A stretch of 64,000 nt of DNA from a virus, in the IMG/VR virus record IMGVR_UViG_3300031566_000014, positions 1-64,000 of that record; one strand, written 5' to 3'. The position numbers and the translations under genes are program-made. The notes beneath the pieces are model-generated. The model worked only from the letters and a program-made list of their open reading frames with translations. It ran no database searches and was not told the origin of the DNA. Position 1 is the stretch's first letter; every line of letters starts with the position of its first letter. Shown here piece by piece: positions 1-9,214 of the stretch.

Positions 1-1
1 T

Positions 2-277
2 TCATTCTGGCTGCTCCTTTCTCTCATTGCGGCTGCCCACCGCCGCGTCGAGCGCGAGGTAGAGCAAGTCCCACGGGCCGCGCGTCTTGCGGCGGAAACC
101 CGCCACCGTCGAGTGCTTCCACGCCTCAGAGGGGCGCCCCCATTTCGAGAACGTCGCTTCGTAGGCGCCGACCGTGCCCTGCTCGGACACGCCCTTGAGG
201 CTGATCGTCGCCGTGCCCATGTGGCGGGCGCGCGCCTTGTCGCCCCCTGGCAGAAGCTCAACGGTGATTCTGAGCAT
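2..277 (-). CDS. phage hypothetical protein
   Basis: 91 aa ORF MLRITVELLPGG, AGGAG RBS, overlaps upstream gene. Confidence 0.75.
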   Translation of the reverse strand: MLRITVELLPGGDKARARHMGTATISLKGVSEQGTVGAYEATFSKWGRPSEAWKHSTVAGFRRKTRGPWDLLYLALDAAVGSRNERKEQPE

Positions 278-515
278 CGGTAGGCCACTCCTTTCTCCTG
301 AGGCCCTCGGGGAACTTCGCCGCGTCGTGCAGCACCTTGGCCCCCGCCGGTGTCACCACCCCGCATTGGTCTGTCAGCCCACGCTTGAAGACGCTCAGCC
401 GCGCTCCCGGCGGGCAGAGGAGCACGACGGCGGATTGAAGGCCGTCAGCGCAGCCCGTGAGCACTGCGAACTCGTCGGCACTCAGGGCGGCGTTCGCGTT
501 ACTCGGCCTTGGCAT
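258..515 (-). CDS. hypothetical protein (MPRPSNAN start)
   Basis: Internal ATG with AGGAGG RBS; tiles with neighbours. Confidence 0.65.
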   Translation of the reverse strand: MPRPSNANAALSADEFAVLTGCADGLQSAVVLLCPPGARLSVFKRGLTDQCGVVTPAGAKVLHDAAKFPEGLRRKEWPTDAQNHR

Positions 516-741
516 GTGCCCGCCTCCTTCGCAGCAGTTGCGCCTCGACGGCTTCACACGCCGCGCAGATGAACTCCGCGAGTTCCTCGGAGTCCACTTC
601 GCCAACGTGGGTGCCGGTCGAGGATTCCAGCAGGCTTCTGCCGTTCGGTTCAAGCGGCAGATAGGACGGGACGGTTAGCTGTTGGTCGTACAGCGAGTCC
701 AACTCGTTCCAGTTGATGCGTCGATCACTCGGCCTTGGCAT
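499..741 (-). CDS. hypothetical protein (MPRPSDRR start)
   Basis: ATG at 741 with AAGGAGG RBS. Confidence 0.65.
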   Translation of the reverse strand: MPRPSDRRINWNELDSLYDQQLTVPSYLPLEPNGRSLLESSTGTHVGEVDSEELAEFICAACEAVEAQLLRRRRAHAKAE

Positions 742-1018
742 TGGAGTCCTCCTTGAGCGCTTCGGCTCCTGAGATTGTGATAGTCCATACGCCGCCCCTA
801 CACCACACCAGTCCCTTGCGTTCGAGCTTCCATAGCCACGACCCTGCGGCTCTCCACATTCCGCAGCCCCTCCGCGCCGCGTTGTAGGCCCCCGCACGGC
901 TGACCTTCTTCCACCCGTGGGCATCTGGCCACATGTGCCCGGCAAACTCGGTAGAGCTCATTCCTCTTTTGCCAGCAGCGGATAGGATGCTCAGGGCTTC
1001 ATGCGCCTTGGGAGTCAT
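725..1018 (-). CDS. hypothetical protein, possible winged-helix
   Basis: MTPKAHEALSIL start with AGGAGG RBS. Confidence 0.6.
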   Translation of the reverse strand: MTPKAHEALSILSAAGKRGMSSTEFAGHMWPDAHGWKKVSRAGAYNAARRGCGMWRAAGSWLWKLERKGLVWCRGGVWTITISGAEALKEDSNAKAE

Positions 1019-1349
1019 CACGGTCCTCCTTGGCATCGGGGGCCTCCTGGTTCTTGGCATCGGCCAGTTTCTTCGCATAGTAGGCATTGCACAGAGGGCA
1101 TCCCACATCGCCATGCCCCCACGGGAACATCTGCCGGCCACGGGCGGGCGACAGATAGGCCCCGCGCCGCTTGACCTCCCGCCGGAGGTCGGTAATCGCC
1201 TTGGCCGTGCCGTGCACATGCGCCAGCGCGACCGCCGAAAAGCAGTGCTTTGTCGAGCCGGAGATGTCCAGCCCGATCTTTTCTGCGAACGACCAGATGG
1301 CGCGCCAGTCATTATCCAGAGCATTGAATACGATGTGCGCCATGCTCAC
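999..1349 (-). CDS. hypothetical protein
   Basis: 116 aa, GTGA overlap, CPLC motif. Confidence 0.65.
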   Translation of the reverse strand: MSMAHIVFNALDNDWRAIWSFAEKIGLDISGSTKHCFSAVALAHVHGTAKAITDLRREVKRRGAYLSPARGRQMFPWGHGDVGCPLCNAYYAKKLADAKNQEAPDAKEDRDDSQGA

Positions 1350-1558
1350 TGTTCGTCCTCCTCCCCCTCGCCTTCAGCCACGAAATCGTCAGCCACGAAC
1401 TCGTCGTACCCGAAGTCGTGCTCATCGAGCGTCACCCTCCCATGAACGGCGCAGACGCCAGTCACGGAAACGAGGCGCTCGATGTTCAGAAGGCCAATCA
1501 CGTCCCGCACGAAGCGGCCGCAGAGGGGACAGCGTGCGAGGAGACGTTCACTGTCCAC
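1346..1558 (-). CDS. small Zn-ribbon protein
   Basis: GTG start with AGGAGG RBS; CPLC...CAVH; acidic tail. Confidence 0.55.
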   Translation of the reverse strand: MDSERLLARCPLCGRFVRDVIGLLNIERLVSVTGVCAVHGRVTLDEHDFGYDEFVADDFVAEGEGEEDEQ

Positions 1559-2669
1559 GCGATTCCTCCTTCCCCTCGCCCGCGGCCTTGGCTGGTCCAA
1601 AGTAGCGCGCGGGTTGGTGCCCACACTGCGGCGAATTGCCTGGGCACTTGTGCTCCCAGATGTTCCCGTTCCACCGCCATGCAGGGTCCGAAGCATCGTC
1701 GTGCAATTCGCCGCAGCACGAGCAGCGCCACACGCCGGCCATCGCTGCGTCGCCTGCGCCCTCGCGGAGCGCGGCTAGTTCGCAGACAGGGCGCATCCGC
1801 TCGATTCGGGCCTCAAGCTCGGCAACGCGCGCACCGCGCTGCCCAATGTCGCCTTGAAGGCTGGCGATCACCGCGTCCTTCTCTGCCAGGCAGTTCTCAA
1901 ACCACGCCTGGCCCGTGGTCCGCACCTCATAGGGCGGGCAGGCCGTATCTACGGGGTGGCGCTCATAGCACGCCCCGCACAGGCGGCTGTTGGCGAGAGC
2001 CTCAAGTTCGGCCACGCGCGACTTCATCGCCCGCCACTCCTCGGCGGCCGCTGAGGCGGGGACAGAGAGGGCGGCGGCTGCGGCGCAAACGATGCGTTCC
2101 GCCCAATCTTCCCCGCTCAGTGTGTCTACGTCAGGGTCGTCGGACAGGTAGTACTCCGCATCCCGCTTCAAGCTGGCCCACGCCTCGGCCAGCCTCCCGC
2201 AGAGCTCCTTGAGGCGTTCATATTCACGGATGACTACCGCGTCGATATTCTCTGGGTCGAGCGGTAGCAGACCGTCACGGCGCGCGATCTCAGACAGCGC
2301 CGCGCACATCTCTCGGCGACTTGTTTCCATCGCCCGCAGCGCCCGCCACTCCTTGCCGGCCTCCGAGGCGGTGGTGGAGAGGGCGGCGCGGCCAGTGTCG
2401 CTCAGCCCATCGCCGCCGCATTGGGGGCAGTCGTCATGCGATCTCTGGCCGTTCGGCCCAGCCGTGATACTCACGCTGTAGCCCATGCCCCCACACCGCA
2501 TGCACCGCCCGAAGCGGACCGCATCGGCCAGCCTCCCGCAGAGCGCCTTGTAGGCGAGGGCCTCGCGGGCTGCATCGAATAGCTCGCTCGCGTCCAACAC
2601 GCGCCCATTGCTCATGGCGAGGCCATTCACATCCCCTTGCAGGTCGGCAATCCTCTCAGCGGTCAACAT
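1548..2669 (-). CDS. mosaic hypothetical protein with Zn-finger and coiled-coil segments
   Basis: MLTAERIAD start with AAGGAGG RBS; DnaJ-like CxxCGGxG pair; internal LCGRLA repeat. Confidence 0.7.
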   Translation of the reverse strand: MLTAERIADLQGDVNGLAMSNGRVLDASELFDAAREALAYKALCGRLADAVRFGRCMRCGGMGYSVSITAGPNGQRSHDDCPQCGGDGLSDTGRAALSTTASEAGKEWRALRAMETSRREMCAALSEIARRDGLLPLDPENIDAVVIREYERLKELCGRLAEAWASLKRDAEYYLSDDPDVDTLSGEDWAERIVCAAAAALSVPASAAAEEWRAMKSRVAELEALANSRLCGACYERHPVDTACPPYEVRTTGQAWFENCLAEKDAVIASLQGDIGQRGARVAELEARIERMRPVCELAALREGAGDAAMAGVWRCSCCGELHDDASDPAWRWNGNIWEHKCPGNSPQCGHQPARYFGPAKAAGEGKEESRGQ

Positions 2670-2913
2670 TGTCGGCCTCCTTTCCTTCAAGGGCGTGGAG
2701 GGCCTCCTTGAGGCCCAGGATGTTGCCGCCGGTCTCGGCGGTCTCCTGCGCCGCCTCCACCACGGCGAGGAGTTTGGGGAGGGCGTCTCTCGCCGCGTCG
2801 AAAGCGCTGGCGAGGGCGTCGCGCATATCCTCTGTGGTGCCGTAGCTGGCAATGCAGTCGCCATCGAACTCTGCCAGCATCTCCGCCGCCGCCTTGAGTT
2901 CCGCGATGTTCAT
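2656..2913 (-). CDS. hypothetical protein (Ead/Ea22-like helical)
   Basis: 85 aa, ATGA overlap; 'DAARDALPKLLAVVEAA' segment. Confidence 0.65.
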   Translation of the reverse strand: MNIAELKAAAEMLAEFDGDCIASYGTTEDMRDALASAFDAARDALPKLLAVVEAAQETAETGGNILGLKEALHALEGKEADNVDR

Positions 2914-3119
2914 TCGGCCTTCTCCTTTGCTTGCTTGTGGCCTTCGATGAAGCCGAGCGCCTTGTAGAAGGTGCGGTGGCCGTCCAGCGCCTTGCCCACG
3001 GCCACCTGCATGCAGCCGTCGCCCAAGGGCACGCCGGCGCAGGCGCGGTCAAACGCCTGCGCGGCGGCATCAACCGCTTTCGCGTTGTCCAGAATCACAC
3101 GGGCCTGTTCGTAGGTCAT
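2910..3119 (-). CDS. hypothetical protein
   Basis: 69 aa, AAGGAG RBS, ATGA overlap. Confidence 0.65.
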   Translation of the reverse strand: MTYEQARVILDNAKAVDAAAQAFDRACAGVPLGDGCMQVAVGKALDGHRTFYKALGFIEGHKQAKEKAE

Positions 3120-3313
3120 TGGGCTTTCTCCTTGTAGGCTTCGCAGGGTTCGGCGTCGGCGCGCTGCTGCCCGCCTCTGCCGCCGATTGCGGCGCAGTCG
3201 CGGACCTCGCGCGTCACGCGCACGTTGGGCCAGGGCAGCACGACGGCCACCGTTCGCGGCGGCATCCCCAGCCGCTTCCAGTGGGAGCAGGTGCCGCAGC
3301 GCTTGTCAGGCAT
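3116..3313 (-). CDS. small Cys-rich protein
   Basis: MPDKRCGTCSHW...C...C. Confidence 0.6.
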   Translation of the reverse strand: MPDKRCGTCSHWKRLGMPPRTVAVVLPWPNVRVTREVRDCAAIGGRGGQQRADAEPCEAYKEKAQ

Positions 3314-3515
3314 TGGTGGCCCCCTTCGGTTCCCCCAGATCGAGACAGGTTTCACCATCGCTGGCGATGTTCCATCCCTCTGGCAGATTCTTGCCAGTCT
3401 CCCGCATGAACGCCTCGTTGAGCATCTGTACGACATCCCCGTGAGCAGGCCCAAAGTCGGCGTTGCACCGGAACCATGTCAGGTATTCCAATGCCGTTGC
3501 ACGCTCTCTAGCCAT
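3306..3515 (-). CDS. hypothetical protein
   Basis: 69 aa, AAGGAGG RBS. Confidence 0.65.
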   Translation of the reverse strand: MARERATALEYLTWFRCNADFGPAHGDVVQMLNEAFMRETGKNLPEGWNIASDGETCLDLGEPKGATNA

Positions 3516-3891
3516 CCGTGGCCTCCTTCACTGTCTGGCAGGCGTTCACGACGAGGCTCACGATCTGCCTGTCGTCGCGGTACGCCAGCGTGTTCAAGGC
3601 ATCTTCCACCGCTTTCGCAATGTTGGACAGATCGCCGCGCACCTTCGGCGTCTTGCTGTCGAGGAAATGCAGCGTGACGCGCACCCCGTCGGGAGCTACG
3701 TCGAGTTCCATGCGCACGTCGCCAGCGTGCGGGGGCCTGCCCTTCCGAACCGTGGCATACCACTGCGCCACGACCTTCTCATATGCCTTCGTCTCGCGCG
3801 GGGTGTAGAAGTTGTCGTACTTGCCCTTGCGCGGGCGGTCCTTCGGCACTGGCGGACGCGGCACGGTGAAGGTGACGCTTGAGGCCATCAC
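3508..3891 (-). CDS. rusA: RusA-family Holliday junction resolvase
   Basis: PVPKDRPR N-terminus and RGDLSNIAKAVEDALN...DDRQI catalytic signature. Confidence 0.92.
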   Translation of the reverse strand: MMASSVTFTVPRPPVPKDRPRKGKYDNFYTPRETKAYEKVVAQWYATVRKGRPPHAGDVRMELDVAPDGVRVTLHFLDSKTPKVRGDLSNIAKAVEDALNTLAYRDDRQIVSLVVNACQTVKEATDG

Positions 3892-4187
3892 TTGCCCTCC
3901 TTCTTGTCGCGCAGCGCGGCGACGGCCTTGGGGAGCGATCGGTCGCAGAAGAACATGGTCGGGTCTTCCTCGTCCGGCTTGGCGTCTACCTCCCAGATGC
4001 CGCCGCCATAGTCGCGTTTGACCTCTACCTCGCGGTTGGCGTCAAGCCACTCGACCGCCTCGGCCACGGCGACCGCCTCCTTGAGCGCGGCGATAACCTC
4101 TTGGGTGAAGGCGGCCAGCCCCGCCAGCCCCATGAGCAGCTTGCCCTCCTCAAAGAGCCGAACCTTGCGTTTCAGTTCATCCTTCAT
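3888..4187 (-). CDS. hypothetical protein
   Basis: 99 aa, AGGAGG RBS. Confidence 0.65.
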   Translation of the reverse strand: MKDELKRKVRLFEEGKLLMGLAGLAAFTQEVIAALKEAVAVAEAVEWLDANREVEVKRDYGGGIWEVDAKPDEEDPTMFFCDRSLPKAVAALRDKKEGK

Positions 4188-4734
4188 CGGGGGCCTCCTC
4201 GCAGGCGGCGCGGAAGGCGGCGGTCAACTCGTGCCACTCGCATCCAGGTGCCGGCTGATTCTTGGGACGCCCACACAGAATGCAGGTGATGCGGTTGCCC
4301 TCCGGCGCGTTCTCGTCGAAGCCCGCGAGTCCAAGCGCAGCTTCCGCCAGCCGCATGGCCGCCTTCCACTTCGCGCCGGGCGAGGGCGAGGAGAGGGCGG
4401 TGCGGAGCCATTTGACCGCTTGGTAAAGGCAATCGGGCGTGTGTCCCGTCGCATCGTGGGGTCCGTAGGCTTCATCGGGGTTGCAGAACGAACAGTCGCC
4501 GTGCGTCTCCTCGATGCCCTCTAGTTCCTCGACGATGGCAAGGGCAGGCTTCCTCAGCCGCTTGTTGGCAGCCGCCAGCGCGGCAAGCTCCGCCTTGAGG
4601 CGGGCGTTGTCGGCCTTGAGCGTGTTCGCTTCTTTGGCGTGAAGGATGGCGCAGCGGATAGCGTTCCAATCGAGAGGCGAACGCGATTCATTCACGGCCC
4701 GTAGCAGGGCGTCCCATTCCTCATTCGTGGGCAT
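4177..4734 (-). CDS. hypothetical protein (C-terminus shared with 4721-5140)
   Basis: MPTNEEW start; CxxC-H-C motifs; ALSSPSP..KW.AAM and AAFRAAC shared. Confidence 0.7.
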   Translation of the reverse strand: MPTNEEWDALLRAVNESRSPLDWNAIRCAILHAKEANTLKADNARLKAELAALAAANKRLRKPALAIVEELEGIEETHGDCSFCNPDEAYGPHDATGHTPDCLYQAVKWLRTALSSPSPGAKWKAAMRLAEAALGLAGFDENAPEGNRITCILCGRPKNQPAPGCEWHELTAAFRAACEEAPDEG

Positions 4735-5140
4735 TTTCCTTCTCCTCATTGCAGGCGGCGCGGAAGGCGGCGAGCGCACGCGCCTTCGCGTTGAAGGCCG
4801 CGCCGTGGGCCTCAAAGAGTTGCTTGCCCTCTGGCTGCGCCCACATCAGCGTCGGAGTCGTTGACCGTGCGTAGGTTGCCCACGACTGCCACGCATCATC
4901 GGCGGCAACGTCTGCTAGGGCGCACGCCATGGCCGCCTCCCACTTCGCAACGGCCGGGGAGGGAGAAGAAAGGGCGGCGCGGGCAAGCCTGTCCGCAGCG
5001 TCTAGGTCTGCCAGCGGGACAGAACAATGCCCGGCCCATGGCGTGAGAGCAACTACGAAGGCTCGGCATGCCCCCCTCAGCTTCGCGCACTCCGCCGCGA
5101 GGGCGGCGATCTCGGCACGCAGGCGGGCGAGTTCATCCAT
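4721..5140 (-). CDS. hypothetical protein
   Basis: 139 aa, GAGGAG RBS. Confidence 0.7.
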   Translation of the reverse strand: MDELARLRAEIAALAAECAKLRGACRAFVVALTPWAGHCSVPLADLDAADRLARAALSSPSPAVAKWEAAMACALADVAADDAWQSWATYARSTTPTLMWAQPEGKQLFEAHGAAFNAKARALAAFRAACNEEKENAHE

Positions 5141-5360
5141 CAGTTGGCTCCTCTCTTACAACAACGCCCGGCAGATCGCGGATGGCCGCGATGCAAGGCT
5201 CGTCGCGTTCGCTACCGTTGTCCTCAATCCATGCCCCGCGCCGAGCGTCCCAATGCCAGCCCCACGAGATGAACTCCTCGCGGTGCGGATAGGTGTCGCC
5301 GGTCGCAATGAATGTGATATGCCTACAAGACAAGAGCGCGTCAGCGTCAAGGGGTTCCAT
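5133..5360 (-). CDS. hypothetical protein
   Basis: 75 aa; GDTYPHRE...GWHWD motif seen in small phage proteins. Confidence 0.65.
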   Translation of the reverse strand: MEPLDADALLSCRHITFIATGDTYPHREEFISWGWHWDARRGAWIEDNGSERDEPCIAAIRDLPGVVVREEPTDG

Positions 5361-5766
5361 CGCTAGGCTCCTCTGTCAAAAGCCCGGCCGCCGCCATGGC
5401 CGCGCCGGCGGCGCGGTGGGGGCTGGACTGGTTGCTGCACTTGCCTTCACGAATGCGTTCTACCGAGCCGGCCACGATGCGAAAGAACGTTGAAAACTCG
5501 GCGGACACGGGGCCGCGGCTATGCAGCGCCTTGACCATCTTAGCGAGCCACTGCCAGCCCGCGAAGGGGTCGGAGTCCCCAGCCGTGACGTAGGGGGGAG
5601 GCTGGATGTCCATTGTGGTCCCCTGCGGCGAGTACCACGTTTCATGCGTGGTGCCGTCGCTAGGCCAATGCCTGCGCTCGCAGCGCCATCCCCTCGCCCT
5701 CGCCACGGCGGCGTTCTTCTCAGCGTCGGGCAGGGCCTCGTAGGCTTCGGGCGTCAGCGTGCTCAT
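5347..5766 (-). CDS. hypothetical protein, phage ABA-sandwich-like
   Basis: 'NAAVARARGW...PPY...SPHRAAGAA' pattern; family call tentative. Confidence 0.6.
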   Translation of the reverse strand: MSTLTPEAYEALPDAEKNAAVARARGWRCERRHWPSDGTTHETWYSPQGTTMDIQPPPYVTAGDSDPFAGWQWLAKMVKALHSRGPVSAEFSTFFRIVAGSVERIREGKCSNQSSPHRAAGAAMAAAGLLTEEPSDGTP

Positions 5767-5966
5767 TGCGGGGGCTCCTTGAAGCGTCTCGGTACGAAGC
5801 GTCTTTCGGCTCTAGCGCGCGCCCGCGCCGCCGTTTTGCTGTCGCACTCCTTGTGGCCCTCGCCGGAATGCGCCTCGCGGAACACTCCGACGATCTCCTC
5901 AATGACGGCAACGGGTGCCTCTAGGACCATTGAGCCGCCACATGTGCAGTAAACGGACACCTTCAT
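5763..5966 (-). CDS. small Zn-binding protein
   Basis: MKVSVYCTCG...H..GH; AGGAGG RBS. Confidence 0.6.
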   Translation of the reverse strand: MKVSVYCTCGGSMVLEAPVAVIEEIVGVFREAHSGEGHKECDSKTAARARARAERRFVPRRFKEPPQ

Positions 5967-6130
5967 TTCTTCCTCCTTCCGCGCGTCTTGATGGGCGCGG
6001 CCAGCGGCTTCCCACGCAGCGCCGCGAACTTCTCGGCGCAGCCCTTGCACACGAGCGCGAGGTAGCGGATGCGCGCAGGCTCTCGGCAGGCGTCACAGCG
6101 CTGCAGCTCGCGCTTCGGCTTACGCTTCAT
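5963..6130 (-). CDS. small basic Zn-finger protein (55 aa, below ORF-track cutoff)
   Basis: Read by hand: MKRKPKRELQRCDAC...CKGC; fills the gap with ATGA overlap. Confidence 0.55.
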   Translation of the reverse strand: MKRKPKRELQRCDACREPARIRYLALVCKGCAEKFAALRGKPLAAPIKTRGRRKK

Positions 6131-6353
6131 AGCCTGCCTCCTCGCTGCTGACGAAGCAGACCGCGTGGGACTTCGCCATCGGCGGCATACCGTCCGCCAC
6201 CCGCGAGCACGGCGGGCACAGTCGGTTCCACGGCCCCTCGGACAGGAAGGGCCTATTGCACCCGAGACATGTCCGCATCGCCACCGTGGGGCCGCGACGC
6301 TCGGCCGCCGTGTTGTGTCGGCCCCGGAACTGCTTCTGCTTGCCCTTTCCCAT
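6120..6353 (-). CDS. small Zn-finger protein
   Basis: RTCLGCNRPFLSEGPWNRLCPPC; AGGAGG RBS. Confidence 0.7.
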   Translation of the reverse strand: MGKGKQKQFRGRHNTAAERRGPTVAMRTCLGCNRPFLSEGPWNRLCPPCSRVADGMPPMAKSHAVCFVSSEEAGYEA

Positions 6354-6367
6354 CAGAAGCCCTCCTG

Positions 6368-6670
6368 TTAGCAGAACATGTACAACGAATCTGTGTCGGA
6401 CGACAGGGCGACCCCGCAGCGGCTCAGGTACACGGCGTCCTCCTGCGTAATGTTCCGCAGGTCGTCGGCCTGTGCGAGATACACGCAATCGTGCTCGGCA
6501 CAGACATCGAATGACTTCGGGCCTTTCTTGAGCAGGCTTGCCACCTTCATCATCCCGCAGACGCAAGCGCTGGGGTGCAGCCGCTCGCCCTCCGGGATGC
6601 GCTCAAAGTGAAGGAACTCGTCGTCATCGTCCGAAAACAGCGCAGCCAACTTCTCACTGTCCATTGTCAT
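6368..6670 (-). CDS. hypothetical protein
   Basis: ~100 aa, GGAG RBS; AEHD motif. Confidence 0.7.
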   Translation of the reverse strand: MTMDSEKLAALFSDDDDEFLHFERIPEGERLHPSACVCGMMKVASLLKKGPKSFDVCAEHDCVYLAQADDLRNITQEDAVYLSRCGVALSSDTDSLYMFC

Positions 6671-6777
6671 TCTCCCGTGCGAAGGTGAAGGTGCGGACAG
6701 GGGCCGCGGCCTTGTAGACACCGGGTACAGTGGGCGACTGCGCGGCCCCCGCCCCGTCTGCATGTCGGCTCCTCCTA

Positions 6778-8133
6778 TTACATTTCCAGGACGTCCATGT
6801 GCTTGTGAACGTCCTCAGCCGTCATCGGCGGCGTGTTGTCCCGCAGCCACGCCTGGGCGCTCGCCGTGAAGGCGTCCCAAGTCGCCACGTCCTGGCACAC
6901 GCCCGGCAGCGTCGTGGGGTTCCGCACCGTCAGCGCGCGCGCGTCGATCCCGCCGGCCTTGAGCAGTTGGGCGGCGGCCTCCGGGGCGAGCTTCTCCACG
7001 TCGCGGAGCGCGTTCCAAGCGGCCCGCGTGGCCTCCACGATGGTCCGCGCGGGCGGCGCGCTGGTGCCAGGACCCTTCGGAGGCTCCCCGGACGCATCCT
7101 GGGGCTTCTCAGGGGCACTGGCGGCCTTGCCGTCGAAGGCATCCTCCGGCACGTCCATGAACTGCACGAGGTCGGCTAGGAACATGAACGGTTTGCTGCT
7201 CGTCTTGCTCTCGCCGGTGTAGGCCACGGTAGCCTCCATACCGATGCCGACATGCACCCAGGCTGGCACCATCGCCTTGCTACCCCGTGGTTTGCTGAGG
7301 GCGCATCCCGCATTGATGTGCTCCAGACGCCACCAGCCAGTCTCCTCCAGTTCCGTCACCTTCCCGCGCACCTTGTCGCCCTTCTTGAGCGCGTCGATCT
7401 GGAGCGGCTGCGCTTCGGTGCCGATAAAGACCTTGGCGTCGGCCTTGGCCGGGGCAGGGGAGGTGGCGCGGCGGGTGCCTTCCTCCTTTCTCGACTCCGC
7501 GCCCCCTGCCCCGGTATCCTCTTGCCGCGCCGCCCCGTCCCGGTCCGGCCGCCCATCCGTGTCCTCCGTGTCGCTCAGGCCAAGGGCCGGGACCAGCGTG
7601 TAGCGCCGAAGGTACGTCTGCCCGCTGCCGATGGCTTGAAGCGGGTTCTTGCTCCCGCTGTCGTCTGCGGGGGCCGTCATGCTCGTGCGTTCGGAATGGC
7701 CCTGCACATGTGTCACGATGCAGGTCACGGTCAACCGGCCATCATCATGCGGGGTGGTCTCCCACCGGTAACTCAGCCCGTTCGCTTCCAAGGCGTCGCG
7801 GATGGTGTTGGCGATGGCGCCGAGACTCGCGTGCCGGTAATGCGTCCTGATGCCAGACTTGGAGGTATAGTCCACGGTCGAGTCCTTCGGAAGCGCGGGC
7901 ACTTCCTTTTGGAACTTCGCCATAGCCTCGAAGAATGCCCGCTTGGCGCTTCTGTCCTCGAAGTCCTTGTAGAGCGTCGCCAGCCGCTCGATCACGTCGA
8001 TTCCCGCGCCCTTCTCCAGCGCCAGTGTCATCAGTTGGGCCGGCGGGCCGCCCTCCCGCACGGCGGGCGGCAGAAAGCGGGCCTCGCCCGTGCGTTCGTC
8101 TACCTCGATGGTCTTGGGGCTGTCAGTCGCCAT
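6778..8133 (-). CDS. erf: ERF-family single-strand annealing protein with long C-terminal extension
   Basis: MAKFQ...YRHASL...GLSY...QAIGSGQTYLRRY...GL....DTDG ERF signature. Confidence 0.9.
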   Translation of the reverse strand: MATDSPKTIEVDERTGEARFLPPAVREGGPPAQLMTLALEKGAGIDVIERLATLYKDFEDRSAKRAFFEAMAKFQKEVPALPKDSTVDYTSKSGIRTHYRHASLGAIANTIRDALEANGLSYRWETTPHDDGRLTVTCIVTHVQGHSERTSMTAPADDSGSKNPLQAIGSGQTYLRRYTLVPALGLSDTEDTDGRPDRDGAARQEDTGAGGAESRKEEGTRRATSPAPAKADAKVFIGTEAQPLQIDALKKGDKVRGKVTELEETGWWRLEHINAGCALSKPRGSKAMVPAWVHVGIGMEATVAYTGESKTSSKPFMFLADLVQFMDVPEDAFDGKAASAPEKPQDASGEPPKGPGTSAPPARTIVEATRAAWNALRDVEKLAPEAAAQLLKAGGIDARALTVRNPTTLPGVCQDVATWDAFTASAQAWLRDNTPPMTAEDVHKHMDVLEM

Positions 8134-8136
8134 TGC

Positions 8137-8298
8137 TCAGTCCTCCTTTTCGTCGTCGGGCGGGAACTCCGCCGGGTTCGCGTGAAGGCCGGTGCGCTGC
8201 CAGGGGCGCCGCTTCGGCGGGCGCCAGCCCTCCTCCGGCGGCGGGCACTCCGGCTCGTCGCGCCTGTCGTCAAGTTCCAGAAGCTCGCGGGAAAGCAT
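8137..8298 (-). CDS. small hypothetical protein
   Basis: MLSRELLE start with AAGGAG RBS. Confidence 0.4.
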   Translation of the reverse strand: MLSRELLELDDRRDEPECPPPEEGWRPPKRRPWQRTGLHANPAEFPPDDEKED

Positions 8299-8576
8299 CA
8301 GAAGCTCCTTTCGTGGTATGCTTCGTCGCCCCTGTCGGCCTCCCTGTCCTCGCGGCTCGCCAGAATGGGGACGCATGTCCAGCTTCGGCACGAGCGGCAC
8401 CAGAAGTTCACGTGGAAGTTGTCGTGGTCGTCGTACATCGTCGGCTCCCCGCACCGGCACCGGGGGGCAGGCCCCTCCCTGATGGCCCTCAGCGCGTCGA
8501 GGAACGGCCCGTCGTCGCGCCCGCCGGCGCTGTCGTCGTCGCTCGGCTCGGGGTGCGAGGATTGGTACACGCTCAT
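8298..8576 (-). CDS. small Zn-ribbon protein
   Basis: CRCG...CRSC; AAGGAG RBS. Confidence 0.6.
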   Translation of the reverse strand: MSVYQSSHPEPSDDDSAGGRDDGPFLDALRAIREGPAPRCRCGEPTMYDDHDNFHVNFWCRSCRSWTCVPILASREDREADRGDEAYHERSF

Positions 8577-8752
8577 CGCCGGGTCTCCTTGAGCGTGTTC
8601 TTGCACCGTTCGATGACGAAGCGATAGTCCTTCTTCGTTTCCATTCGCAGCACGTCGGCATCCAGAAACCGCTCCATCATGGAATTCATGCAGTTGACAG
8701 CGTCCTCAAGGGCAGTTCTCAGCATGGCGAGACGCATGTTGTCATCTATCAT
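8573..8752 (-). CDS. small hypothetical protein
   Basis: MIDDNMRL start with AAGGAGG RBS. Confidence 0.6.
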   Translation of the reverse strand: MIDDNMRLAMLRTALEDAVNCMNSMMERFLDADVLRMETKKDYRFVIERCKNTLKETRR

Positions 8753-8753
8753 G

Positions 8754-8879
8754 TCACGCCTCCTTCCTTTCCGCCTCGCACCGCTCGGCGGCGCGGGCGG
8801 CTCTGTCGGCCTCCCGTTCGCTCGCGTCGTCGCCCTGGCCGGGCAGCCCGTAGCTAAGACCGAAGGGCACGCGGGGCAT
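8754..8879 (-). CDS. 41 aa ORF duplicating the C-terminus of 9215-9571
   Basis: Read by hand; ends EADRAARAAERCEAERKEA. Confidence 0.4.
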   Translation of the reverse strand: MPRVPFGLSYGLPGQGDDASEREADRAARAAERCEAERKEA

Positions 8880-8880
8880 G

Positions 8881-9213
8881 TCACTCCACCTCCATTACCA
8901 TCGTTCCGTCTGCGCGCATAGGGCGCCAGCGGGTGGACGACGTTGGCAGTTCGTGCTTTCCCTTGCGCAGCATGGTTCCGAAATGGCTCGGCTTGGGGAG
9001 CACATGGACAGGCCCCCCGCCCGGTTCGGCAAACTCCCGCTTGCCAACCCGCTTGTAGCCGACGGCCTCCAAGTATCGGCAGTGGCAGGCAAAAGCGTCC
9101 TGTGGGGTGCCGTGGATGCGCGCGGTGTACACGCCCCCGGCAATGTCGAGTTGCGTCTGACCGCCCGTGCAGTGGTCCTCTGGTGTACCACAGAGCCAGC
9201 GTCTTGGGTTCAT
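8881..9213 (-). CDS. hypothetical protein
   Basis: MNPRRWLC start with GAGGAGG RBS. Confidence 0.65.
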   Translation of the reverse strand: MNPRRWLCGTPEDHCTGGQTQLDIAGGVYTARIHGTPQDAFACHCRYLEAVGYKRVGKREFAEPGGGPVHVLPKPSHFGTMLRKGKHELPTSSTRWRPMRADGTMVMEVE

Positions 9214-9214
9214 G

